Origin: an uncultured Myxococcia bacterium
GTDB taxonomy: Bacteria; Myxococcota_A; UBA9042; PHBI01
Assembly: GCA_942493285.1 (NCBI GenBank)
Contig: OW818691.1
Span: 1,234,321-1,298,320 of the forward strand
Length of the DNA: 64,000 nucleotides
Reading direction: 5' to 3'
Shown here: piece by piece, positions 1-10,852 of the stretch
How the letters are laid out: every line of letters starts with the position of its first letter
Position numbering within the stretch: position 1 is the stretch's first letter
The notes under the pieces: model-generated
The model's input: only the letters and a program-made list of their open reading frames with translations
Told to the model about the DNA's origin: nothing
Database searches by the model: none
Position numbers and translations under genes: made by a program

Positions 1-314
1 GGCCAGGCTCATTCTATACCTATTCTCCGGTCGGAGGATCGCTGCAACTGGTCTTGTCGACTTCCGATGTCCAAGGGCGGAGCCGTGGGGACCAAGCATC
101 TACGTGAACTCCTTAATCGTCTCCGAGCACTCGGATTCGGCTGGGCCCAAGCTCTACCTGAGTATTGAAATGCAAAGTGGCGATGAGATTGTGGCCATCT
201 GCGAAAGTGCAGTACTTGAGCTGGTACAACGAGCGGCATCCTAGGGCGACTGCTCTATCATCGCTCCGGAATCCGAGAGAGTCATAGGTTTCCACCTGTT
301 CGCCGCCGCTGGCC

Positions 315-406
315 AACAAGCGTATCGACCTGACACGGCCTAATCGCGATGGGGCCTATCAGCCCCATCGCGATTGATCGGCCGCGCAGGTCATACGCAG
401 GACGTT
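315..406 (+). repeat. attC-like ~92-bp imperfect palindrome, copy 1 (variant: gcgtatcgacctgacacgg left arm)
   Basis: Conserved AAC...GTT element with perfect central hairpin AATCGCGATGGGGC/GCCCCATCGCGATT; same orientation as all other copies. Confidence 0.9.
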
Positions 407-787
407 GTCTGGCCTGTGACTCCTCCGCTTGCCGCACTGCATCAGCTAGCGCCTCTACATCTCACCTGCCGGCGGACCCGCCGCGTCAGTGCTTGCTGGC
501 CCTTATCCGCCTGTGCTCGGGCTCAGGTGCGCCCCTCGCCGCCTCCACGTAAAGCGGCGCCTCGCACGGCCTAACCGCAGCGGGTCGCAGTTTCTCTCCA
601 AGTCACCAACAGCTCTGAGCTGAATCTGTAAACCAAGTGCGCACCAGTGTTTCGCTGCCGCCAACTGACTTTACGGTCCGCACCAGCTGCGCAATCAATA
701 TGGGTTCGAGCGATGCCCGATCTAGGTAGATTGAGCTTCTGCCCTTGGCCCAACTAGTGCAAAGTACGCCATCGGACGGAGGGTAGC

Positions 788-1726
788 ATGAGATTGTCGA
801 TAGTGCTCCTGGTGCATTTGGTGATGTCGAGCGGGTGTGCGAGCGAATCGGCCGATCAAGATGGTCCGTCATTGGAGCAGTTCATCGCCGCGTCTGCCGC
901 TCAAGGTTGCGCCAACATCGTCCGATGCGGCTCCAACAATCCCGACTTTGCCCCGTATCTCGTGGCGATTCGGGAGCGACCGGATTTGTGCGCATCGGAC
1001 TGGGCTGACCTAACTCCCCGTCACCAGTACCAGAGTCGCGTCGCGGAGGGCACAACACGCTACAGCTCGGAAGCGGCAAAGCGATGCCTCCAAGCGCTTG
1101 CCAACGTCTGCAATGAGACCTTCCACGAGGTCCTCGCCTGCGATGCGGTCTTCATGGGAACTGTACCGACGGGAGGTGTCTGTCGTAGTTCAATCGAGTG
1201 CGCCGGAGATGCCTTCTGCGACTTCCGCCAGGATGTTTGCGGTGACGGCACTTGCGCGCAACGTACCGTCTTCGGGGAGTCGTGCGATGGAGGTGAGTGC
1301 ACCCACGCCAGCGGTCCCAGTGCATGCGGCAGCTTCGGTTGCTTGCCGCTCGTGGAAGTGGTCGTTGGCATCAACGATGAGTGCGGCGACATAGATTCGC
1401 CCGAGAGCATTGTCCGCGCATCATGTGGAGATGGTCTCTTCTGCAGTCACCACGGCACTTCGGACGCGACTAGGCGTTGCCTCAAACGCGTTGCGCGTGG
1501 TGAGTTATGCGACGCTGGCCGCGACCTATGTACCGACTTCAGCGACACTTGCGTCCCAGACGCTGACGGTCAGTCGCGATGTTTGCCCGTCACGCTCCAA
1601 TCCCAGATCAATGCTCCATGCGGACAGAATCCCAGTCTCGAGGGGGCGTGCAATTTCCTAATGGGACTCTCCTGCGAGGAAGGGTCGTGCGTGGAATCCG
1701 AGCGTCTACCTGACTGCGCCGACTAG
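788..1726 (+). CDS. Cys-rich secreted lipoprotein (hypothetical)
   Basis: 312-aa ORF; N-terminal hydrophobic signal with lipobox-like LVMSSGC; >30 Cys; first gene after attC copy 1, co-oriented with array. Confidence 0.55.
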   Translation: MRLSIVLLVHLVMSSGCASESADQDGPSLEQFIAASAAQGCANIVRCGSNNPDFAPYLVAIRERPDLCASDWADLTPRHQYQSRVAEGTTRYSSEAAKRCLQALANVCNETFHEVLACDAVFMGTVPTGGVCRSSIECAGDAFCDFRQDVCGDGTCAQRTVFGESCDGGECTHASGPSACGSFGCLPLVEVVVGINDECGDIDSPESIVRASCGDGLFCSHHGTSDATRRCLKRVARGELCDAGRDLCTDFSDTCVPDADGQSRCLPVTLQSQINAPCGQNPSLEGACNFLMGLSCEEGSCVESERLPDCAD

Positions 1727-2030
1727 CTTCTCCACGTTGTGGGCCGGGATCGGGTGCAAGCGTCCCTCTCGACCCACCACATGCCACTGCTCGTCGGACA
1801 GCCGCGGCCTCGCCCGAGACGCTCCTAAGTCATCGCAGACAGAGCGTGAATCGCCCTGCACCGCCTTCGCATCATCCCCTACAGACGCGTGAAGCGGACT
1901 CTCAGTTGGGCCACATGGCGGTTGGGCTGCCCACGGTCACCCTCTGCTCGACGTCTCGAAGGACTCGCTCCTTCCGGAACTGCCCCCGCGGCACAAGTCT
2001 AGGGTTTGACGGACGAAACCGGCTGGGCCA

Positions 2031-2335
2031 CAACTCGATGCGGGGTGTCGAGCTACTCGATGGGTGGTACCGAGCTACTCGATGCGGGGTACCGAGCTAC
2101 TCGATGCGGGGTACCGAGCTACTCGATGCGGGGTACCGAGCTACTCGATGCGGGGTACCGAGCTACTCGATGCGGGGTACCGAGCTACTCGATGCGGGGT
2201 ACCGAGCTACTCGATTGCCGGCACCGAGCCACTCGATTGCCGGTACCGAGCCACTCGATGGGTGGTACCGAGCCACTCGATGGGTGGTACCGAGCCACTC
2301 GATGGGTGGTACCGAGCCACTCGATGCGGGCACCG
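2031..2335. repeat. 22-bp tandem repeat (~14 units, CTCGATGCGGGGTACCGAGCTA)
   Basis: Period 22 counted directly; followed by ~180-bp block homologous to the 3' end of cassette 5. Confidence 0.85.
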
Positions 2336-2516
2336 AAATGGAAAGTCCGCTCGCCACCCACTCGCGACTGGCGCGGTTCGAATGTGAGCGTGTCGGGCGA
2401 GCCGCGCCAACCCAAGCCCGCCAGAACACCTGCTAAACGCACGGCCAAACCACCCGGATTGGACCACCGCGCATCGCATCGTAAGTTGTTGGTTTTACTG
2501 ACGAGCGGGGCCAGAC

Positions 2517-2608
2517 AACAAGCGCATCGAACTGACGCGGCCTAATCGCGATGGGGCCTATCAGCCCCATCGCGATTGATCGGCCGCGCAGCTCATGCGC
2601 AGGACGTT
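2517..2608 (+). repeat. attC-like palindrome, copy 2
   Basis: Full-consensus copy. Confidence 0.9.
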
Positions 2609-2660
2609 GTCCCGCCGAGCCCTGCTCCGCGTCCGCTCGATTCTCTCATCGATCTGCCCC

Positions 2661-2845
2661 GACTGGGCTCGCAGTTGTACTGCCCCGGCTCGGCTCGCAG
2701 TTGTACTGCGCCGGCTGGACTCTGCTCCGGCTCGACTCTGCTCCGGCTGGACTCGCAGTTGTACTGCCCCGGCTGGACTCGCAGTTGTACTGCCCCGGCT
2801 GGACTCGCAGTTGTACTGCCCCGGCTGGAGTCACAGTTGTGCCGT
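2661..2845. repeat. 26-bp tandem repeat (GGCTGGACTCGCAGTTGTACTGCCCC, ~6 units)
   Basis: Period 26 counted directly; starts ~50 bp after attC GTT. Confidence 0.85.
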
Positions 2846-4537
2846 GTTAGCGTTGGTCGAACAACGCACAGAAACGGCAAGTAGCGCCTGAGACCACCAC
2901 CGGGTTCGGCGATCGAGCGCGTTGCGATCACTTTGGTCCGGCGGGCGAGACGGGTTCTGCGGGTCCGACGCTTCGATCGGCCGAGACGGGAGTGCCAGAT
3001 CGTGACCGCACCGCAGAAGCGGCAGGCTCGGATCGGACTCGGAGCGAGGCGCAATGTGGCCTCACCGGGGACCTGCACGACCGCCGTCGCGCGGGACGTC
3101 ACGGGGCCTTGCCCTGACTCGGGCTCCGCCAGCGACGCGCCGATAGGATGGACCTCGACACTGGTGTAAAGTTCGACCTCGCGGCCGACAGCCACCTCGC
3201 CTGTACATTGGTCGAGCGGGGTGGCGGCGGCTTGTCGCCCGCGGTATCGCGCTTGGCGCAGGGCGTGACGAGCCCTTCCCGCCTCGGAACGCTGATATCG
3301 TCGCCCGGCATCGCGTACAGACCGACCGCGCGCCAACTCTGCGCACTCCGACGAGCAGTACCGACGTGGACCTCGGTCGCACGGGTCGCACACGCCGAAG
3401 AGACAGTGACACGGGTACCAGGCGCAGGTCGTGAGGCGATGCACATTGAGTTCGTTCGGGGTGGTCACGGGTCCCACGGGTCCACGATGCCGGATGGTGG
3501 CTTGGCTGCAAACACCGATGCGTCACGAAGGCCGACTCGAAGCTGTCCCTGTAGGGCAACTCACTGTGCTTTCCAACACGTAACCGACTTTCTCGCCGGC
3601 CAAATTGGTGGCGTCATGCGCTACTCGTCATCTCAAAGCGCATTCTGACCACTGCCGACATGCCGCACCTGCCTAGCCTCATACCCATCTTGGCCCGCAT
3701 GCCGGACGTCGTCTCGCCGGTATGCCCGTCCCACCTCCAACCGAGAAGGGGGGAGGGTGGTCAACTCTTCTATCTCACTATGGACCACCGGACTTTCGTC
3801 TTGGCCGCGGATGGCCGAAAGGAAGGCGAAAGATGGCAAACGATTTCATTGACGAAGTGCTGACACGAGAAGGGGCGACGCGCGAAGCTGAAGGCCTCAG
3901 ACGTCAGGCGCTGAAGGCTCGATTGCGCGCCGCAGAGGCGACCGCGAAGGGAGACGAGGACCTCGCACAGAAGAGGAGCTATGACGAGTACGCGATCGAG
4001 CAGGTCAGGGGGCAGATCCATCTGCGATTGGGAGACTCTTGACCTGCAAGAGTTGGCCGGGTCAAGCCGCAATCGATTGAACATAAAGCAGGCCTCGCAC
4101 AGGTTGATCCACTCTGACTCCAGGCCAACGTGCGTGCTGGACGCTTCGGGTCGGCTCAACCTGGACGGCAACCGCTGTAGTGGTCCCCGACGAGGTGTGC
4201 CGGAGGTAGTTGTTGGGGCTCAACCGTCTCCCTTAGCGCGCCAGAGCGGGCCAACGCGGCCCGTCGGGCCGAGTAGAACAGAGGGGCGTTGCCTGCCTAC
4301 GGTGTCTGGGCACTGCTGTTGCTTGAGCCCTCGACCCTAAGGAGCCGCACCATCGCTAGGGTAGGGGCTCGGTTTACTCTAGCGATGCAACGATCCTCAG
4401 CAGCCTCTCCTGCAGCTACCGAACCGGTCGCGATCAGACCTAAGAGTTCGGTAGCTTGACCTACATGTTTTCGCGATTTATCAATCGGTTGGCTAGCGAG
4501 AGACCGCAAGCAAACTCTGTAGGGATGCAGGTGACGT

Positions 4538-5899
4538 ATGGCGAGGATGTCGCGCAAACTCGAGAAAGGGACGCCCACTAAGTTTCGGATGAGCCTAGTG
4601 CCATCGTATGCAATTCGCGGGTGCCTCCCATTCATCACCATCGTGCTGGCGTTCGCGTGGTTCTGGGGCCTCCCGACAACTGCACGCGGCAACACTTGGT
4701 TCGAGACGCCGAAGCGGGACGCCTGCATCGGAAACGGCCTGCGACAGTACTCCGCGATCATCACTGGTTCGAACTATTTCGGTGACTGGGTCGCCGCGTG
4801 TAGGTCCACGCTCGCGAGAATCGATGGAGCAGGGCATCGGCCGTTCCACTGCGGGTGGGCGGTCGGCCGGGTCTGGGGCAAGTTCAAGGTCCCCGATGCC
4901 AGTTGCAGGACCGAACTGTATTTCGAACCACCTCGAAAGGGTGACTGCCGAGCTGACAAGGTAAGGCAGTACTCCGCGATCATCACTGGTACGAACTACA
5001 ACGGGGATTGGGTGCAAGCCTGTAGGAGGACCAGAGTTCGGATTGGAGAAGCGGAGCGTAGTGCCTACGAATGCCGTTGGAATGGAGGTCGAGTCTGGGG
5101 AGAGTTTAACGTCCCAGACCAGAGTTGCGCGACACATTGGGAGGCCTTTGTTCCCGAGAGTTGCCTTAGACTAGGCATCCGTCAATATGTCGCAGCCCTG
5201 GACCATCCCTATGGGGACGACCTAGCCGAATGCAGGCGTCGCCCTGCCGAAATCAAGGGCCAATACTTTGAGCGACCGACTCGATGCGAGAAGGATGTTC
5301 TTCACGCAGGTGGTAGGGCGCGCGGTGAGTTCGATGTGACAGATGTCAGTTGTCAGCCTAGGTTCGGAGCGCCACAGCAGATGGGTTGCGAATCGAATAG
5401 GATGCTGTACCGCGCCCAATTGATCGACGTTCCTTCCATGGAGAATCAGCAGGCTCTCTGCATGAGCGGCAGGTGGAAGATTAGAGTTGGCGATGGAGAC
5501 TATGCACCAGTTCGCTGCCAAGCAAACCTTGGAGGTGGACCGATTCTAGGTTATGTTCTCGTGAGCGAGCAGCTCTGCGGTTCCGTCGCTTCGGAAACAC
5601 GACTCCAAGAGCATAGCTTTTTCGTGGAGGACAGCAATGGCTGCGCGAAAGGGTATGTTGCGCATGCTGAGAGTCTGGAGATGGCAAAGAAGCACGCACA
5701 ATCTGCTGGGTTCACACCTATCGACGGCTACTGCACCTACGAGATGAAGCTCGTGTACAGCTCTGGGCCTGATAACTATTTCCCCAAGGTGGATGCGAAA
5801 TCTCCCTCAGATGCGAAAAGATGTGCTGACTTCACGCACTGTTCCGGCGGCCAGTGTTCCACCAGTGTGAACGAAACAGACTGTCCACCCAAACCATAG
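4538..5899 (+). CDS. Cys-containing internal-repeat protein with N-terminal membrane/signal segment (hypothetical)
   Basis: 453-aa ORF; repeated ~50-aa modules (RQYSAIITG[ST]NY.GDWV.ACR); hydrophobic LPFITIVLAFAWFWGL near N-terminus; true start may be 4589. Confidence 0.5.
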   Translation: MARMSRKLEKGTPTKFRMSLVPSYAIRGCLPFITIVLAFAWFWGLPTTARGNTWFETPKRDACIGNGLRQYSAIITGSNYFGDWVAACRSTLARIDGAGHRPFHCGWAVGRVWGKFKVPDASCRTELYFEPPRKGDCRADKVRQYSAIITGTNYNGDWVQACRRTRVRIGEAERSAYECRWNGGRVWGEFNVPDQSCATHWEAFVPESCLRLGIRQYVAALDHPYGDDLAECRRRPAEIKGQYFERPTRCEKDVLHAGGRARGEFDVTDVSCQPRFGAPQQMGCESNRMLYRAQLIDVPSMENQQALCMSGRWKIRVGDGDYAPVRCQANLGGGPILGYVLVSEQLCGSVASETRLQEHSFFVEDSNGCAKGYVAHAESLEMAKKHAQSAGFTPIDGYCTYEMKLVYSSGPDNYFPKVDAKSPSDAKRCADFTHCSGGQCSTSVNETDCPPKP

Positions 5900-6199
5900 T
5901 GGAAGACGGACTTGATGGTCATTTTAGCGCCCATCTCAGGTGTCGGTGAATCGTGCTCGGTCCATTTCTCCTAAGGAGGCGAGTCCGCGTGTGTGCACTC
6001 AGAAACTCCAAACTCGTCTTGCCATTTCGCAAGTCCGGATCGGGGCTGAGTCGTCCTCCACATCCCACCTCGGCGCTCGCCCCTGAGCCCGGCAAGCCGC
6101 CCACCATAACCCGACGGAGTTACACGCCATTTCGACTCGCCCGCTCGCTCCTTCTGTACCCTGGTCGCTCATTCTCAAGGCAACGCGGCTCGGCGGGAC

Positions 6200-6291
6200 A
6201 ACAAGCGCATCGAACTGACGCGGCCTAATCGCGATGGGGCCTATCAGCCCCATCGCGATTGATCGGCCGCGCAGCTCATGCGCAGGACGTT
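6200..6291 (+). repeat. attC-like palindrome, copy 3
   Basis: Full-consensus copy. Confidence 0.9.
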
Positions 6292-6367
6292 GTCCCGCCG
6301 AGCCCCTCTCCGCGTCCGCTCGACTCTCTCATCGACCGGTCCCGCTCGTCGCTTTCGCCATTCAAAC

Positions 6368-6616
6368 CCCGGCCGGACTCGCAGTTGTACGGCCCCGGCT
6401 GGACTCGCAGCTGTACAGCCCCGGCTGGACCCTCAGTTGTACAGCCCCGGCCGGACTCGCAGTTGTACAGCCCCGGCCGGACTCAGATTTGTGCAGCCCC
6501 GGCTGTACTCAGAGTCGTGAAGCCCCGGCTGTACTCTGAGTCGTGAAGCCCCGGATGTACTCACAGTCGTGCAGCCTCGGCTGGGCTCACAGTCGTGCAA
6601 CCCCGGCTGGACTCAA
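6368..6616. repeat. 26-bp tandem repeat (CCGGCTGGACTCGCAGTTGTACAGCC family, ~10 degenerate units)
   Basis: Same repeat family as 2661-2845 and 57800-58448; placed directly after attC. Confidence 0.8.
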
Positions 6617-6750
6617 GGATCTGCGGCTAAATGCCCAGACTCCGATGCAAGTAGACGGCGGTGGAGCCGGTTCAGGCAGTCATGGCCATGTCATCGACCC
6701 TCGTATCATGACGCTGCCTAGGGTTAGCCACCAGACTAAAAGGCCTCATA

Positions 6751-7128
6751 TTGCTTGTGATGAGTGACGTGGAGGGGTATGGATTGGGCTGTGGAGGAAG
6801 AATGCAATCGAGGAAGCCCACAATCGAGTCGAACGAGCCCTTGCTGACGCTTGCAACCGAGCTTGCGCACCTGAGTCCTGAGCAGCGCAAGATGGTAGTC
6901 GATTTCGCCCGGCGGCTGCGCCGGGTGGGCAATCTGAGGGTGCCGAACGTTCTGGAAGGCGCCGAATACGAAGCATGGCTCGATCGAGTCGGAACTCGGT
7001 CGACTGAAGTGCTGTCGGGTTTTCGGAATCGGCTTGAAGAGGCCGGACTCGACCCGGACGGGGATCTCCCACGCAGCGAGTGGCCCGAAGACATGGAGCC
7101 TTCGTCGAAGACGAGCGTCACCACTTGA
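6751..7128 (+). CDS. Putative antitoxin/partner of zeta-like kinase (hypothetical)
   Basis: Small ORF directly upstream of and overlapping the P-loop kinase gene; likely start at internal Met (6802). Confidence 0.35.
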   Translation: MLVMSDVEGYGLGCGGRMQSRKPTIESNEPLLTLATELAHLSPEQRKMVVDFARRLRRVGNLRVPNVLEGAEYEAWLDRVGTRSTEVLSGFRNRLEEAGLDPDGDLPRSEWPEDMEPSSKTSVTT

Positions 7129-7700
7129 CGCTGCGTCGTATGATTGTGGTTGCTGGTCCGTCGGGGAGTGGCAAGAGCGTGCTGTTTCCCGTCTTCGAGC
7201 TGTGTTCGGCGGCCTTCAATGTCGACGACCGAGCGGCCGAGCTTCACGGTAGCTATACGGGAATCCCGCCGGCACTGCGCAGACAGGCTCAGCTTGAATG
7301 CGAGTCCTTCGTAGCTGAGCAGATTGCGAGCGGTGTTTCGTTCGCGGTGGAGACGACCTTACGCTCTGATGCGGCGTTGCGGCAGGTTGCCAGTGCACGT
7401 CTCTCGGGCTTTGCAACGATGCTCATCTATTTGTGCGCTGGCAGCGTGGAGCAATGCATCTTGCGGGTAGCACGGCGCGGGGCGTTGGGCGGGCATTCCG
7501 CTCCGGAGGCCGAGATTCGAGACATCTATGCCAAGAGCCTCGGCCACCTTGTCGCATCCCGCGGGCTATTCGATAGTGCCGATCTGTTTGACACCTCTGA
7601 GCCCTGGAGTTCGCCTCGGAGGGTTATGGAGCTTCGACGCGAACAGCTTCGCACCATCGCGCCAATTCCCGAGTGGGTGCCCGATACCTGGCGGGGTTGA
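7080..7700 (+). CDS. Zeta-toxin/AAA-kinase-like P-loop NTPase (putative TA toxin)
   Basis: Walker A VVAGPSGSGKSV near N-terminus, ~190-aa kinase-sized body; likely start at Met 7140. Confidence 0.55.
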   Translation: MARRHGAFVEDERHHLTLRRMIVVAGPSGSGKSVLFPVFELCSAAFNVDDRAAELHGSYTGIPPALRRQAQLECESFVAEQIASGVSFAVETTLRSDAALRQVASARLSGFATMLIYLCAGSVEQCILRVARRGALGGHSAPEAEIRDIYAKSLGHLVASRGLFDSADLFDTSEPWSSPRRVMELRREQLRTIAPIPEWVPDTWRG

Positions 7701-8218
7701 TGTAGGCGGATTGTCGCGAGGCAGCTCGCCTTCGACGATGCGGGACCACTTTGGGCGACGGAGCCGGGGGCTGCGCGCTGGGGCAGCATGAGGTAGGTGA
7801 GTAACGTGGTGGGTGCACGATGGTGCCGAGCCTTTGGAATATGGGGCATATGTGTCAGCCTCTGAGTTTGGAGGCGATTGGCGGGGAGCGTTCACCGAGC
7901 GCCGGATGCGGAGAGGGAGCCGTCGCTGTGGCACTGCTCGCATGATAGGGCTGAGAGCTGAGGCCGCTCGACTTTGCGGTGTAACGTCAGGTCTCCGTGC
8001 AGCAGATGTGGCGACTCCGCCAGCGTGCCACGGCCTCAGAAGGTCGGTGGGGGATCAACGCCCCTGACGCCGCCATTCAAACGACGTTGACAGCCCCACG
8101 CAAGCCAATCCGTCTTCCCTCATCCTCTCCTTCACCGCCATAGGTCGTGGCAAATCGGCTAGTTACGCGTGCCTGCTCCGTCAACGCGCCATCGTGGGCC
8201 AACGCGGCCCGGCGGGAC

Positions 8219-8310
8219 AACAAGCGCATCGAACGGACGCGGCCTAATCGCGATGGGGCCTATCAGCCCCATCGCGATTGATCGGCCGCGCAGCTCATGC
8301 GCAGGACGTT
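8219..8310 (+). repeat. attC-like palindrome, copy 4
   Basis: Full-consensus copy (gaacggacgcgg variant). Confidence 0.9.
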
Positions 8311-8624
8311 CGCCGGCCCCCTACCTCCGAAGCCGATCGCACTCAGACACACCAGCCGTCCCGACTTGGTCAGTCTCCAAACATAAGGCTCTTCGCAGCG
8401 TTCGGAATGCCTGCATTCAATCCCCACCGCACTTCCACCATCGCTACGCCAGTCGCATAGTGTCCTGCCGCATTGTCCCCAACTCTTCGTCCCCAACTCT
8501 TCGTCCCCAACTCTTCGTCCCCGCACACTTTGTCCGCCCACATCGGCACACGAGGAACACACTCGCTGAGGGGGAGCTACTGCCTACTTATGCGAAATTG
8601 GCATCTTCGGAGCAGTTCCGTTCA

Positions 8625-9092
8625 TCAGTCATCGCCAGGAGCCGCACGGTGTCTCCGCAGGAAGTCATTGAGTGCCAATTCGGCCTCCTCCTGCCGACAG
8701 TATCCTTGCCGCGCGAAGTCAAAGGCATCATCCAACCTCGACATATCCTCAGCGGAATCGTCATCCGGGAGCTGGTTGCTTAGGAACATCTGGTACAAGC
8801 CGCGCACAAGATGGGATGCTGTCACACGACCAGCTGCGAACTCAGCACCCATGCGTGCAATTAGACATCGAGAGGCGGTCGCGACATCCACCGCTCCAGG
8901 GATCAAGCGTAGAGCATGCACAATGTCGAGGGGATGAGCCTTGCTCGCCATCGAAATGTCTATGAGTTCACTGGGAAGCTCATCGGTTGCCATGAGTCGG
9001 GCGTCAGCCCACGCGATGACCTCCTCTACGCCATTCATTCCGGTTTCCACCCCAATCGCCAGCACTTCCGCTTCAGTCCTCAGATTCACCAT
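8625..9092 (-). CDS. Hypothetical protein
   Basis: 155-aa ORF, no recognised motif. Confidence 0.3.
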   Translation of the reverse strand: MVNLRTEAEVLAIGVETGMNGVEEVIAWADARLMATDELPSELIDISMASKAHPLDIVHALRLIPGAVDVATASRCLIARMGAEFAAGRVTASHLVRGLYQMFLSNQLPDDDSAEDMSRLDDAFDFARQGYCRQEEAELALNDFLRRHRAAPGDD

Positions 9093-9432
9093 CTATCTCC
9101 CAATATGGCATGCGCGGTTTCATCCCAGCACTTCCGCTGCGCTCCATTAACGTTGCCGCGAAAACCCCATCAATTCGCCGCGCACATAGAAGAACGAGAA
9201 GCGTCGCGGCCTCTGTAGTGGCGGCGTAGCACACGCTTCGCAGCCACCATGCGGCCCTCGCTGTCAAGTAATATGAGGCCACGCAGTTCCTCTCGCTGCG
9301 TCCGGTTCAGGGGCGTCTTGACCATCCTTCGTTAGCAGGCTATCCGACATCTGATTGTGGATTAGGCCTGCTCGGATGAAGCCCATATTCGATGGAGCCG
9401 GAACCGGTCAAACCCTCGGGTAGCCTGCTCAG

Positions 9433-9918
9433 CTACTTGCAGCCAGACAATTCGAGCACGCTCGCAATCAATTTGTCCGAGAGCCACATACCGGCATCGC
9501 GCAACTCCGCTAGAACGACCGCAGGATCTTCAATGTCCTTGCGCCTGTATCCGGCAACCACCACTCCCAAAGTCCCAATCACCTCAAGGGCCAACCCGAC
9601 CGCGCACTTCCGGCCCAAGAGGTCGTCCATGACGAGCCGGGAGCGTCGATTCACGAGCCCCAAAGCGATAACCTCGGATTCGCCCGGACCCAGATCCCAT
9701 GCGGCAACGGTCTGCGGGATTGAGGGCACCGAGACTGGCTGCAGCCAGTTAGCGTTCCTCACCGCCTCCGCTGCGCGATCGCAGTGCGCGGAGGAGCTGA
9801 CCTCACGGAAGACCGCTGTCGGTACCAATATGCGTTCGCCGAGAGGACGCAGAAGTTCCAGGTAACCTGAATTACCCAGGAAGATTAGCGGCGAGGCGTT
9901 TACTATGACATCAGGCAT
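9433..9918 (-). CDS. DUF3368 (PIN-like) toxin of UPF0175/DUF3368 TA pair
   Basis: MPDVIVNASPLIFLGN...GESEVIALGL...LGVVVAGYRRKDI matches the DUF3368 pattern; overlaps upstream antitoxin stop. Confidence 0.55.
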   Translation of the reverse strand: MPDVIVNASPLIFLGNSGYLELLRPLGERILVPTAVFREVSSSAHCDRAAEAVRNANWLQPVSVPSIPQTVAAWDLGPGESEVIALGLVNRRSRLVMDDLLGRKCAVGLALEVIGTLGVVVAGYRRKDIEDPAVVLAELRDAGMWLSDKLIASVLELSGCK

Positions 9919-10162
9919 TCTGAAGCTCGCGTTCCAGATCCGCCTCGTCCACCACGAATACGTCGACACGACGGCGAGCCAACTCCGCGAGGAACTGGGG
10001 CCGATCCATCTCAGCTGCCTCAGCTGCACGCTCCATAGAGATCGTCCCTTGCTGGTACCAGTGAATCGCCGCGGCCAGGCGCATTTCACGAGCGAGTTCA
10101 TGGGGAGTCTTTCGCATAGCACCGAAGAGGCTCTCTGGTATGCGGACGGCAAGTTCAGTCAT
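9911..10162 (-). CDS. UPF0175 family antitoxin
   Basis: 83 aa; ...GTISMERAAEAAEMDRPQFLAELARRRV... typical of UPF0175. Confidence 0.55.
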   Translation of the reverse strand: MTELAVRIPESLFGAMRKTPHELAREMRLAAAIHWYQQGTISMERAAEAAEMDRPQFLAELARRRVDVFVVDEADLERELQNA

Positions 10163-10306
10163 TTGCGTTCACCTCCTGCCGCTTCCGAGCGCCACTGGGC
10201 TCACCAACGGACTCGTCCAGTATACGGGCGAAAGCATGTGCAAGCAACCTCTCAGGTGCTCCATCAGCGTCGGCGTGAGTGGGGCCGAGTGAGTGGCCGG
10301 CCGGCG

Positions 10307-10398
10307 AACAAGCGCATCGAACTGACGCGGCCTAATCGCGATGGGGCCTATCAGCCCCATCGCGATTGATCGGCCGCGCAGCTCATGCGCAGGACGTT
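10307..10398 (+). repeat. attC-like palindrome, copy 5
   Basis: Full-consensus copy. Confidence 0.9.
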
Positions 10399-10852
10399 GT
10401 CTGGCCTGTGCCCCCTCCACTTGCTGCACTGCATCAGCTAGCCGCTCTACACCTCGCCTGCCGGCCGACGCCCCCGCGTCACTGCTTCCTGGCCCTCATC
10501 CTCCTGTTGTCTGGCCTTACGACCCTCAACTGGTTCGCACTCGACCCGAACGGGCACATCTTGGAGCTCCGTTGGCCCATCAACCAGAGCCTCCCGTCGA
10601 CCACCGCCTCAAACTTCCGGCCCCATGCCAACCTCAACAACCAACACTTCGTGGTCACTACCTCTCTCCCTCGAATTACGTCATTGCTGCCTGCAGATGA
10701 TCGTCAAGAGTCGCTCCGTGGTAGGCCGCTCGACACATGCGTATACGCCCGTCCCCAGTCCGCCCTGACCCTCGTTGCTGCCTATTGTATCGTCGCTGAT
10801 TCCAGGGTAGCTTTCCCCCAACGAGTCCTCACAAACATCTGACTGAGCAAGT

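Noticed and set aside
1-314. Possible integrase or attI at the array start
   Set aside because: Only 314 bp precede the first palindrome and no tyrosine-recombinase-like ORF is present. An integrase, if any, lies outside the window.
349-552. ORF family beginning MGPISPIAIDRPR..., with companions MIGRAAHAQDV... and MRRTLS..., called at every palindrome copy (e.g. 2551-2850, 6234-6539, 8169-8783, 42192-43994, 60063-60686)
   Set aside because: The start codons lie inside the conserved palindrome (ATG of cgcgATGGGG; TTG/ATG of the right arm) and the downstream reading frames differ between copies. These are artefacts of the repeat. The 600-aa call at 42192 is real only for its C-terminal transposase part.
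1846-2545. ORFs 1846-2436, 2006-2545, 2064-2387 (+) and 2163-2479 (-) with SYSMRGTELLDAGYRATRCGVP peptide repeats
   Set aside because: They read through the 22-bp minisatellite. Period 22 is not a multiple of 3, and all frames on both strands are open, as expected for a GC-rich tandem repeat.
2593-3477. 294-aa minus-strand ORF
   Set aside because: It starts inside the palindrome and 26-bp repeat tract, has an Arg/Ala-rich GC-artefact composition and lies antisense to nothing conserved. Probably spurious.
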